Positions 1 to 11,639 of a stretch of 64,000 nucleotides of DNA are shown one piece after another. The stretch is from Podarcis erhardii (lineage: Eukaryota), in assembly GCA_964252035.1 (NCBI GenBank), contig OZ176206.1; one strand, 5' to 3'. The translations under genes were made by a program, and so were the position numbers. A model generated the notes under the pieces. The model did not search any database. It was not told the origin of the DNA and saw nothing but the letters and a program-made list of their open reading frames with translations. Position 1 is the first letter of the stretch; each line of letters begins with the position of its first letter.

Positions 1-1703
1 ACCCCTGGTTATGGCAAATAGAAGTTTATTGCTGAATAGGAAATCAGCACATGACAATTAGCAAATAAAACTTTTGACTGTATTGTCACTGGAACATGTC
101 CTGCACAAGTCACATTTTAGGGAGCCTTGCACAATTCCTATTCATTGCAGCAGGGTCTTCCAAGCAGATGAGGTTTCTGGTAAGCTGTAATCATTGACGA
201 GTCGTTGATGATCCTGTTTCTCTTGTACATATAGCCACTTCACAATGAGCTGTGATAAAACTAGGAAGACTCCAATTACGTAGTTTTTCATTTCGTCTGA
301 ACCAAGGAAACTAAGCATTTGTCTTGATCCATCTTGGCTTGATCCAAAGTTCCTAATCATAGTTTTCAAGTTCAGACAAAATGGCTAATGAGACACTTCC
401 TGGTTTAATTGTGGCCCCCAGGAAAGAAGAAGCAAAGAGGCTCTGTGCACTGGCAAGAGGCTACCACATATTCATGGCATAATAAACCAAGATAATCTGA
501 ACTGGGTCATTGTGCATCAAAGCTGGTTCCAATTTTGAACAACTTTATTTCAACACACCTGAATCATTAATGTGAATAATCCATTATAATAATGTTTGAG
601 TGGCTTTGAAAACAATTTGGATTTTAAACTGCAATCTCCCATTAACTCAGAGTGTGTTTTCATGTACTTTAGTCATGTGGAAATTATTAGAACTGAAAAA
701 TTGAATTGTCTTCTAAACACTGTTGAACTCCTAGAACACTTCAAGTTCACTGAGGACACATTTATGTTAGATCTTCAAAAAACTGAAAAACAATATGCCA
801 ATGTTTGCAGAGAACTAGGAAATGTGAAGCAGATTATTCTGCAGAATAACCACAAAGTCAGTATAATTCTTACAATTCCTTCTGATCATGAAACAAAAAT
901 CTCTCTGAAACAAAAAGGTGTGGGGGGTGTCACGTGACCCCCCTCCACCCTTTCTAAATGGCAAACTCAGAAATAACCTGAAGTGCCACTCCTTAAAAAT
1001 GATGTTCAAGTATCTGGGCATTTTTTTAAAAAGAGATTGTCATCAGAATTGACTTTCTTCCTCTTGATATTTAATTTCTTTCATGATCAGCAGAAATTGT
1101 AAGAATTATACTGACTTTGTGGTTAGCCACTTGTCCTAAGATGGGTGATTCCTATTTTGCAACACACCAAATTGCACTGGGATGTCTTCCTTGGGAATTA
1201 AACAGGTGGGAAGAAGCCTGGATAAATAACCAAACTATCTTTTGCCATTTCTCCAAGGAAGAAATTTCAGCCATGTTTAAACCTACAGGCAACAAAGAAT
1301 GAGCACTGTGTTGAAATCTTTTTCTTTTTCTTTGTAAGCCATCATGCTGACAAATTAAATGACAGTAATCTCATACAACAGATGACATCACTACAGGAGC
1401 CCTGTTAACGCACACATTAGGGCAGACTGATTGGTTTAATTGGCAGTCATGCTAAAATCCTGCAGAGGCAGGGATGCTGAGTAAAACATTGCCTCCAAGC
1501 AATCTTTGAAGTTTGAATGCGCTGAAGTTATATTTACTATAATGACAACTATTTATCCTTGAAATCAGTATGATCAGACAACCTCTTCATTTAACAGGCC
1601 CTAAGCATGCTTTTATTTTTATCTATTTCTTCTGAGCATGCTTTTATACATTTTTTAAAAAAATTATATCTATCCTAAAACATTTACATATAAACTTCTT
1701 TAC

Positions 1704-1765
1704 CTGATTAACCCAGATTTCAAACTGGATTTCATTGGACGGTGCTAATGTAGTAAGAAACAAAT
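1704..1765 (-). CDS. ITFG1: ITFG1 (T-cell immunomodulatory protein/LINKIN) coding exon 7
   Basis: Minus strand tttacag|ATTTGTTTCTT...GTTAATCAG|gtaaag, 62 nt. Encodes (D)LFLTTLAPSNEIQFEIWVNQ, matching recalled human DLFLTTLNATTSTFQFEIWENL. Phase 1 in, phase 0 out. Confidence 0.93.
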
Positions 1766-2743
1766 CTGTAAAGATAAAATAAAGGACAAGGTCAACAGGA
1801 GACCGAGAAATGTATCATTTACATTTTGCTTGAGTATTTAATTCAGCCTAGGTACAATTAATCCTAAATATAAAATAATACATGTATGTATATCTTGCAG
1901 AAAGGTTCCCAGAATATACATATTCTCTAGATTGGGGCAGGGAATGTGTGGCCCTTCAGATATTGCTGGGCTGTAACTCTCATCATCCCTGACCATTGGC
2001 TATGATGGCTAGGGCTGACAGGTAGCAGAAACCAACATTGGTAGGGCCACAGGTTTGTCATCCCTGCTGTATAACATTTTCGATTAGCACACTCATTCCT
2101 GTTAGGAGTACTATGGCTCCCAGCTTTCAATGAAACAAATGAACACACTTCAAGTCAGTTCACATGCAACTCCAGATCACCCTTGAGCTTGTGCTCTGCA
2201 ACTTCCTCCCCACTTATGGTTTCAAGAAAACAGTGGTCTGCCACGACATCCAAAATAGGAAATGATGGCTTTCTCCTGCCCTCGCCCCACCAGGATTTGC
2301 ATCAGCATCAAATTCTGATCTGAAAGCTGAAGACCGTCCATAGTTTGCCAATTCAGATAGAACAGCAAACTATAGTTGGTTCAAAATCGGAAGTCAGGGA
2401 ACGAATTATAGTACCCAGAAAAAGGAGAGGGAAGGGAAAAGGGAGCATGCAAGCTAAAGGCTTAGAGTTGATGGCCAGACAACAGTTTTGCTATTACATC
2501 CAAATCATCCATTGTCTAGTTACAAAAATAAAACCTTGCTAGAGGTTCATCTAGCTCTGGGAAGGTTATAAGCAGGGATAAATGGGATAGACCCCCCCTT
2601 TTTTTTTCTTCCCAGCATCTGGCATCCAGAGCTGTATTGGTTCTGAACAGGGCACTTCCTAGCTATCTTGGCTAATAGCTGTAGGTAGCTCTATCCTCCA
2701 TTAATTCATCTAATTCTTTTCTCAAAGCTACCTAAGCTATCCA

Positions 2744-2816
2744 GACCCATACGCGGAATCAAACCTGCAACCTTGGCATTATCAGCACCACAGTCTAACC
2801 AACTGAGCTAATGGCC
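2744..2816 (-). mobile_element. Isolated tRNA-Ile-like SINE head (not a functional tRNA gene)
   Basis: GGCCATTAGCTCAGTTGGTTAGACTGTGGTGCTGATAATGCCAAGGTTGCAGGTTTGATTCCGCG resembles tRNA-Ile, but the T-loop and stems are degraded. Matches the SINE head at ~35760-35828. Confidence 0.6.
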
Positions 2817-4256
2817 ATCACACTACTCTTGGTAGTACATTTTATTCAGTATGCATTTTGTGGTTGTGCAACTAAGTGGCTGGAAATACAACTTTTGCCC
2901 CAACCCAAAGCAAACTCTCTTAGCTAAACTCTACAGAAATTAAATCTGAATTGCCCAATGAGCAAAAAATCCTGCTTATTTCAAGGTGTCCGGTGCTGAA
3001 GCATTCAGAACAGGAATTTAAAAGCCAGCCACATTTTATTTAACAGGCTGTAGTTTGTGAGCTAAATTGAATTCTGAGATTTCTTTCTGTCTGAACAGTA
3101 ACAAAAACACACTCAAGAACTAAAACAGCTTTTTGCAAGAATTGCGTATTTACAATTAAAAACTTCTAACAACTCTGTACCAGGTGACTAATGCTTACAA
3201 ATTTCATGGCTGATTCAGATTCTAAAACAACTTTAGAACAAACAACAAATGTTTACAAGATGATCTACAAATTAAATGAAATTAAGATTAAAATAAGGTG
3301 TTGTTTGGCCAGAACACTGTTCCAGGGGCTGGGACAGGGGGACCTTGACTGACTCCAGTTACAAAAGCTGAGGCTGCCGAACAGACTCTTGGGTTGGGGA
3401 CTTGTTGGAGGAAGTTGTTGCTGTTATTATTATTATCTTAGATCTTATTATGATTTATGTGGAAATTGCTTCAAGCTTGTTGGTTTACTTTTCGATGTCT
3501 CATTTATTGTTTATCACAACTTTTGTTATGCTCGTAATTATGTAATATTTTTCACGTTGTAAGCTGCCATGAGCATGGTTTTGACTATGGAAAGGAGGCA
3601 TACAAATAAAAAGATGTATGATGCAAAGAACCACTTAGAGATTTCAAAATATTAAATGGTTTATAAATAAACTTTTATATAAATAAATACAAACACACGG
3701 AAGGAAGGGGAAGTTGAAAACACACGCACCGCTTACACCTAGAGCAGCTCTCTGATTCTTTGCAAGCAAGTCCAGAATTTATTTTTATTTATTACATTTA
3801 TATCCTGCCTATTGCCCCAAGAACTCGAGGCAGCATACATCCCATCTCCTATTTCATGCTCACAACAACCCTGTGAGTTAGGCTAAGCTGAGAGACAGAG
3901 TGACTAAGTAACTGTCATGGCTGAGGGGTAATCTGAAGGTGTGTCTCCCCAGGGACTGAGGTTGAAACCTTTGCCCATTCTTTGCAAACATGATGCTTTC
4001 CATGTGTTGTTGTACCTATCAGCCGCAACCAGCACAACGTGGCATACTGCTTAGGGACAACTGTAGTCAAGCGGTATATAAATTGTTTGAATAAAATTAA
4101 TTATTTAGAAATCTTTTATTTCAACTTTCTAAAGAGAAATTCCCAAAGTAGCTTACCATATTTTGAATAAAAAAAATACACATTAACAAAACCATACAAG
4201 TTGGTATCTGTATTGGATCTGAACTCATTAAAACTGTGTTTAAAATTATTTTTATA

Positions 4257-4848
4257 CAGTGGTACCTCGGGTTACATACGCGTCAGGTTACAGACTCCGC
4301 TGACCCAGAAATAGTGCTTCAGGTTTGTGGGAATATGGTTGGTTTACCTATAGGGAAAATGGGCGCATGGGTGGAAATGTACTGCAGCCTGACCTTTCGT
4401 TAGGGCAGGCTGTGTTAAGCATGATCAGTGCGTGGACACCTCATGCTGGCCTGTGATTGGTCTACACAGCATACCTTGATAGTGGTGTGATTTTCCTTAT
4501 ATGGTATTATCTTTTACTGTTGAGTTGATACAATGTTCTGTGAAAAAATAAAGTGCTAGGCCGCAGCAGTTTGAGCAGTTCAGGCCTGATCAATTCTGTT
4601 CAGCTCAGTTGTTGCTGGCTAGGCCTTTTGAAACCATTTTTGGTGTGAGACTGATTTATTTCTTATGGCGAGCAGGCCCTCGTCATAGGTTAAGAACTTT
4701 GCTTCAGGATAAGAACAGAAATTGTGCTCTGGCGGCATGGCGGTAGCAGGAGGCCCCATTAGCTAAAGTGGTGCTTCAGGTTAAGAACAGTTTCAGGTTA
4801 AGAACTGACCTCCGGAACGAATTAAATACTTAACCCGAGGTACCACTG
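4257..4848. mobile_element. Tc1/mariner (Tigger/pogo-like) MITE, interrupted by an LTR
   Basis: TIRs CAGTGGTACCTCGGGTTA / TAACCCGAGGTACCACTG with TA TSD on both sides. Confidence 0.9.
4326..4685 (+). mobile_element. Solo LTR (360 bp) inserted in a mariner-type MITE
   Basis: TG...CA termini. Flanked by caggtt/taggtt (AGGTT exact), which splits the host MITE motif cttcaggttaagaac. Reverse CCAAT box (4456-4460), TATA-like ttatat (~4497-4502), AATAAA (4547-4552). Confidence 0.75.
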
Positions 4849-5714
4849 TATAAGCAATTGTTTTCAGTGTTTTTATACAGGTAACCATTTTATTTGCTAC
4901 AACACTAAACAGCTGGATTCAAACACCTACTGTAGCAACAAGCCCTAAACTAGGATAAGCTGCATGTACAAATGTGCACAAAGATCAGTGAACATCTATT
5001 TTAAAACTGCTCAGTGGAGCTGCACAGATGCCTGCCTGGGCCAAAGCAAACAAGTCAATACTATTATTCTAAAGGTGGGGTTCACAGATTGAGAGGTAAG
5101 TGATTAGCACAAGGCCAGAAATGAGAAAGATTCTGCCATTGCTACTAAGGAACTAGACGTGCTTGCTGATCAACTGCAAATCATCCAGAGATGTTGGATC
5201 CTGATCTACCTTTTGCCTGCTGCTGCATTAGGTGCAAAGAGCTATAAGGTTCAATTGCGCCTGGAAGGACCCAGCATGATATTGATACTGAGGAAATGTG
5301 TTCCATACAGCTGGTCGCTACCAATACACTAGCTGCCTTATTTTGTGCCGAAGAGGTTTTAGAGTTAGTCTTGGAAAGGTTCAGACACATTTCCCCTTAT
5401 TTCTATTTCTATGTGTGGTATAGAGACACTTACAAATCATTTTTCTGCACCATGTCAGAGGTGAGGTTCTCTACTCCCTAGTACTTTAAAAAAACACGCA
5501 TGTCAGGAAGCAGCACAATAGTAGAAATCAACAGAAGCTCAACCATGTATGAACAGAAAGTAGGTGGCTTCGCTGTACACGGTTGAATCCAAAGAAGCCA
5601 TCCAATTAGGACATTTGCTTATGCATCTCCAGCCTCTCCTCCTCCTGTGCCCTCCTCTAATCTATTATTAGGGTTTCTCTAACCCTCTGGAGCAGATTTT
5701 GGGTGGGAGGAATA

Positions 5715-5780
5715 GGAAGAGGAGGAGGAGAAGGAGAAGGAGAAGGAGAAGGAGGAGGAGGAGGAGGAGGAGGAGGAGGG
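5715..5780 (+). repeat. (GGA)n/(GGAGAA)n purine microsatellite
   Basis: Directly visible; accounts for the poly-R and poly-S/F ORFs in the track. Confidence 0.95.
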
Positions 5781-7099
5781 GAAGCTATGCCGGGCAAGAA
5801 GAGGTCCTTGTACAAATATATTGGTCTTCAACTGGTGGGTCACCTGTGGGGGTCTGCATCCTGATCCAAGGTGGGTCGTAACAAGAGCACCATCACCATG
5901 CAAATATTTAGTAAAATATTAATAAATGGGTCCTCAAATGCACGTTTGGGTTAAAAGTGGGTTCAAAAAAGTTGAAGTTACCTGCACTAATATAATAAAT
6001 AAAGTCCTTTCTTTAATAAAGATTTTTTTGAGTAACAAAAGTACATACATACAGAAGTACAACTGTTTTCGGTTCATAGCGTCCTTTCTAAAGATCAGTT
6101 AAATCTGATAGAGACACTAATGTTATAGACAGTATGATGTTGGGGGAAAAGAGCGGTGGGAAGAGAATGCGGAGGAGAAAGTTCATTGTTTTTGAAGCTT
6201 GCTGAAAGCTTTTATGATTAGGCAAGCATGCCCTGACATGTAATTTTACTATGAATAATTGTTCTTACAAACTATAGATAGCAAATTCTGTTGATTTTAC
6301 TAAGATTTTCTTATGAATGTTTTAAATGATTTTAAGGAAATTGCTTAGAGAGTTTACCTTGATTAAGCAATATACCATCAACCTTCTATGTTAAAATAAA
6401 TTTGTTTTAAGGAAAGTGTACACACACAAAAAGCCACAAAGCAATAGGACTGGAATAATAACCATCTCCAAAACAAAATGGAGATTGGGTTTGTTTTTCT
6501 TAAAACCAGCCAACAACACAATGGCTCTGATGTTGGGCAGCTTAGCAATAAAACAAAACATGTGTTTAGCTATTTGCTGTGTGGGAGGAATAAATGTGAG
6601 GATTTGTTAAAAAACAAAAAACACAATAGCACAAGTCAAGCTACAAAGAGCTAACACAAAGATGATAATTTAAATGTCTAAAAGGTTTGGTGAGTTGTGT
6701 TTTTTTTTTTAAAAAGGTGTTTATAGAGAGAGAAGCATGCTCTGTCTATTGTAATAGATGTTGCCTTTTCCTCACTTTTAGGATGAGATTGGTTTGTTCT
6801 GGTACCAGCTTTGGGAAAAACTATGACAGCAACCCAGAAATGTACTTGTATTGCACAGCAGCCTTGAAGTAGGTGGTATCCATCTTGGATTTCAGCTCCA
6901 CCTTGGGTCACAAGGAGAGAGATACAAAAAGACTATAGTAACACACTACTGGTGTTTCTGCAAATAACTAAGAGCCGCCAACTGCAATGCTTCTTTGTTG
7001 ATGGAGAAATCGGTGTTGCACTCTTTCTCTCTCTCTTTCCCCGCCCATCTCTACTGTGGGAGCCCAGTCTGTCTTGCAGAATGGCAATCAGGTCAGTTT

Positions 7100-7503
7100 A
7101 GGAATACAGGAAGCTGCCTTACACTGACTAAGACCCATCTAGCTCTGTACTGTCTACTTTGACTGGCAGTGACACTCGAGTATAACAAACCAGGTTTGCT
7201 CCCATCCTTATACAGTGGTACCTCGGGTTAAGTACTTAATTCGTTTTGGAGGTCTGTTCTTAACCTGAAACTGTTCTTAACCTGAAGCACCACTTTAGCT
7301 AATGGGGGCTCCTGCTGCTGCCGCACCGCCGGAGCACGATTTCTGTTCTCATCCTGAAGCAAAGTTCTTAACCTGAGGTACTATTTCTGGGTTAGTGGAG
7401 TATGTAACCTGAAGTCTATGTAACCCGAGGTATCACTGTACTGGTGGTGATGCTGGGGACTCAACCTGGGACCTTCCACATGCAAAGGAGATAGTCTACC
7501 ACT
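7100..7503 (-). mobile_element. tRNA-derived SINE (Squam3-like), interrupted by a MITE
   Basis: Plus-strand aggaagctgcctta... tail and ...cctgggaccttccacatgcaaa... head. Related decayed copies at ~24470-24630, 25835-25980, 40020-40225 and 61770-61952. Confidence 0.6.
7213..7438. mobile_element. Tc1/mariner MITE, same family in opposite orientation, inserted in a SINE
   Basis: Same TIRs and TA TSD. Body is the reverse complement of the 4257 and 48426 copies. Confidence 0.9.
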
Positions 7504-10500
7504 CGGTTTCTTCAAACTGAATTCCAGGTTAATGCATTACTCCCTCGGGGTTCCTTCCAACTTTACAATTCTATGATTCTCTTGGCCAATCCCAGCTCCA
7601 TGCTGGTGCTTAAATTGGATATGGTTATGTTTTTTTGGGGTTAGTTTTGTACTGTTTTTATTTTAACTTTGTTAGGAACCCTGAGGGTCTCTATGGATTG
7701 AAACAGTAAGGTATGAGTGCTGAACAGACCCACAACAAATAAGATCTGGAGCCTTGTTAGCCCATGGTTCAATGTGAAGGGCTGCTTTTAATATAGATCC
7801 CATCTGGAATTATGATGTCAGGGAATCTGGTTGGCTTGTCCTCAAATGTATGGCCATCAAACAGTGCTTGTGAGAGGGGCAGCTGTGCTGGAGTTGGTAG
7901 TGCAGCCTCTTGATGTGGCCAGGATGCAGAGTGTAATGACTTTGACCTGTATTTCTCCAATAGCAATGCTACCTGGAAGACCAGGCATTTGGTGGATTCT
8001 AAAATACAACTGAATAATGTTATCACCTGCTCTTTTGTTTTTTAAGCTGATGCTGTTTTGCGATTGTAAAACGTTTACTTTGTGATTTTATAGCATTATT
8101 TTATTCTATGAAGGCTCTAAATTATTTGTTTGATAGCTGTTGTGAGAGCTTTACTGGCAAAGGGCAGGATATTAATTTATTTCTAGGATTTATAAGTACA
8201 TAAATGGCTTTGGGGGAGTTTTCAAAAAACCTGCCATGCGACACAGGGGTCACCTATTCAAAAGCTTTTTTTTAAAAAAATCACACCCCCTCTCTTTATA
8301 TGCCCCTAGGCTTAGCCTAAAGTATATTTTTGGATGCTGCACATTCACACTCCTGGACTGTGAAATGAAGGACTGTATATTTCATAAAAACAGATTGCAA
8401 AAATATTTCATATTCTGCTTCTTTGTGGAAACCTGAAATGTAATTACATTGAAAATAATAATAAAGCTAATGCATTTTAATCTTTGAAACATAAAATATA
8501 ATCTTATAAACTATATTAAATTGGAGAATTTTCATTCTGCATTAAGTAACACTCACCTGAGAAACAATTATTTTAAAACACTTATTTTCAAGCATTACAG
8601 CATTTAGGCTGTTAGTGTTAGGGGAATGTGAAGGAAATAATAATTGGGCAATTCTGACTTTCTGTCCCCAGGTTTCAAAATATAGTTGCTGTAATTGTTT
8701 TCTGCAGAAATTAGTCTGCAAAGAGTTTGCAATCTATCCCCACCACAACATTTACATCAAAACCATGTAAGCAACCTTGCTTATCGAGACAAACATAATT
8801 CTTATTTATTTGTGTCTGTTATGCTACAGTCACTTTATTCATTGATTTAATTTTATTTTTTACCTTGTGCTGAGCTTTAAACGTGTTTTTGGCTGCGATC
8901 AACAGAATTCATAACTAGTTCCCCACACCCAAGGAAGCTTTGGGTTGTTGTTTCTTAAGCAGCACCCCACCCCCATATTGCATGACAAATCTACAGAATC
9001 AGTTTGTGAAATGTCACTGGGATCTGCTGCTTGAAGGTTGTTGGGGTGGGAATATCAAAACTCTTCCTGGGCATGACAAAAGTAGGTCTTTGGTCATTCC
9101 CCTTATCTCATTTTCCCTGTCACAATCTTGCGAGGCCAAGCTGTTAATAAGTGCATTTAGAGACGGAGGCCAGAGACAACTGCATTTTCGTACAGTGCAG
9201 ACACAAACCTTGGTTTATTAAGCCATTCTGTGCATGGGTGCAAGCAGATAAACAAACCACAAGTGGGCATAGCATTATGCAATCTGAACCCTGGATTGTG
9301 ACTGGCTTCACTATCATAAACCATGACAACTAAGCTGAAAACAACCCTTGATTTCAGGCTGACCTGCTATTGTGGTTTATTATGGTAAAACAAACTAATA
9401 TCCTAGGTTCAGGTGGACTGTTAAGGTAGCCCACTTCATGGTTTATTTACCCTCTCACATGAAGGGAGGAGCAAAGAGGGAGGAGTGTTTGGGCGGTGTG
9501 CACCACTACACACACCAAGCACATTACAGCTTCAAAAACCAGCCTCATGGCGAGATGCAGGGGTAGGCAAAGTGGTCCTTCCAGATGTTGTTGGACAACA
9601 ACTCCCATCCCCAATCATTGGCAATGATAGGAGCTGTTGATTGGAGGACACCATGTTGGCTACCCCCTGGCTTAGTGTTGCGTGAGAATGCCGCTGCTGC
9701 CTGACTTCAAACATTGAGTTTATGAATTTATAAGGCAGTTAGCGAATACCTGAGAGATGTACAGAAATAGTTCTAGGCTGCAACAGGGACAACAGCATTG
9801 CCCCCTGGGTAATCTGATGTAATAATAATTTTTTTTAAGCACTGATTCTTTCAGATAGTACTAAATTAAGTAATTAAAAACAAAGCCTCAAAACAATCTA
9901 TTACTGCTAATAAAGATTATCACAAAATATTTTACTGGAAACAAGGACAACTGGCGACTCCAGATTTCTAGAGCAAAGCCTTAAACAAATGTTTCAAAAC
10001 TCAACTGATTTATGACAATAATTGTTAAGTACTGCACTGAGCAGAGATTATATTGGGCATAACTAACGGCTCATCTGTGAATAAGATCGACTACATCTAC
10101 ATTTTTAACCCTGGAGTTTCATTTAAACATACAGGTATTAAGATTTCTTCTCTACAGATAAATTATGTTTCCAATTATGCAGATCAACTGGGATTCATCC
10201 TCTGGGATTTTTACATTTACTGCATGGCAATGAGGACGGGAAATACCATTATTCTGCATGCAAAGTTTGCTGTGTTTCCATGAACAGTGGAAGAAACCCC
10301 ACTCCACATCAGCAGGCTTTTGAAACTCATTATTTTTATGTTCAACAGTTCATAAGCCAAACATTATTGCAAGAAAACCAATTAATTTCTCATTTGCATT
10401 CAGTATCTGATTCTCATTAAAAAAAAAACTTTACCAGAGGAAAAAAATATCCCAACACAATCATGTTGCAAAAACATTAGCCCCCTGCATATAATTTGAA

Positions 10501-11057
10501 ATGTAGTTCTGCAAAATATAGTTGCAAGCTCATAATGCTTTTTGGTAACCAATTATAGGCTACCTTACTCATTTAAAACCCTTTTACTAAGAATTATTAA
10601 AAAATGTATCTTCAAGGTAGGCTATAAAATACAGTTTAAAAAATACAAGAACAAAGATAACAAACAGAAAAAGCAGCATCAGCTTCAGACATCAACAGAT
10701 CCTATCAATGACGGCTCTTAAGAACCAATTTAAAGAGGCATTAAACCCAGTAAACATCCAGGACAATAAAACCATATCTACCTGGTACCTAAGTGACATC
10801 AAAGACTGATAAGGGGAGCAAGAAGCACAATTGAGATGCTGCCACAAGAAAGACCCTATTTTTGTCAACCAGAGACCTTTTTTTTCTCAGAAGGTCAGAA
10901 TACCAGATCTGAGCCTTTGGTGAATATATTAACATCTGGGCAGGTACATAGAATCAGAGGGCTACTTTGCACCTAACACAGTTCACAGTTAAATGGAGTG
11001 GCCTCAGTCAGCTGAGCAAGGCATTGGGTTTAGATGCTCCTCTCTCACTACAACCCC

Positions 11058-11639
11058 AGACCCTCCAAGTGTCCCTATTTTCCAGGGACGCCGCTGATTT
11101 ACAGAAGCTGGCCCGGTTTCTGATTTGATCCCGGAATGTTACACTTTTTCTTAGGATGTCCCTATTTTCATTGGAGAAATGTTGGAGGGTATGGAGTTAT
11201 CCAACCCCTGAGCCATCTGAAGGCAATCCTGTATAGGGAAGTTTTTTATAAAAATCTTTAATGCTTTATTATATTTTTATATACAGTGGAAACTCGGGTT
11301 ACGTATCGTCCTCCTTACAAACGCTATGGGTAACAAGCTCTGCTAACCCGAAAGTAGATGCTCCTGCTTGCGAACTTTGCCCTGGGATGCGAGTGGAAGT
11401 TGCGCGCCAGCAGCGTGGCAGGCCCCATTAGCGAAAGCGCGCCTCATGTTAAGAATGGTTTCAGGTTAAGAACGAACCTCCAGAATGAATTAAGTTCGTA
11501 ACCGGAGGTACCCACTGTATGTTGGAAGCTGCCCAGAGTGGCTGGGGCAACCCAGTAAGATGTATGGGGTAGAAACAGTAAAATTATCATTATGGAATGG
11601 GACGACCCTATTTTCACCAGTGAAATCTTGGAGGGTATG
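11058..11639. mobile_element. Non-autonomous TIR element (CAKACCCTCCAA...TTGGAGGGTATG) carrying a LINE-tail segment and a nested MITE
   Basis: Inverted termini, an internal copy of the TTGGAGGGTATG end (~11202-11213), and an L2-like tail gctgcccagagtggctggggcaacccag. Confidence 0.55.
11284..11517. mobile_element. Tc1/mariner MITE, diverged subfamily, nested in a larger TIR element
   Basis: CAGTGGAAACTCGGGTTA...TAACCGGAGGTACCCACTG with TA flanks. Confidence 0.8.

Noticed and set aside
142-937. 75-aa and 113-aa ORFs as further ITFG1 exons or a nested gene
   Set aside because: No similarity to the ITFG1 sequence expected after exon 7, no recognisable domain, and no convincing splice borders.
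2744-2816. tRNA-Ile gene
   Set aside because: Degraded T-loop (TTTGATT) and broken stems; it matches a SINE head found elsewhere in the window.
5679-5903. Poly-Arg and poly-Ser/Phe ORFs
   Set aside because: They are translations of the GGA/GGAGAA microsatellite.
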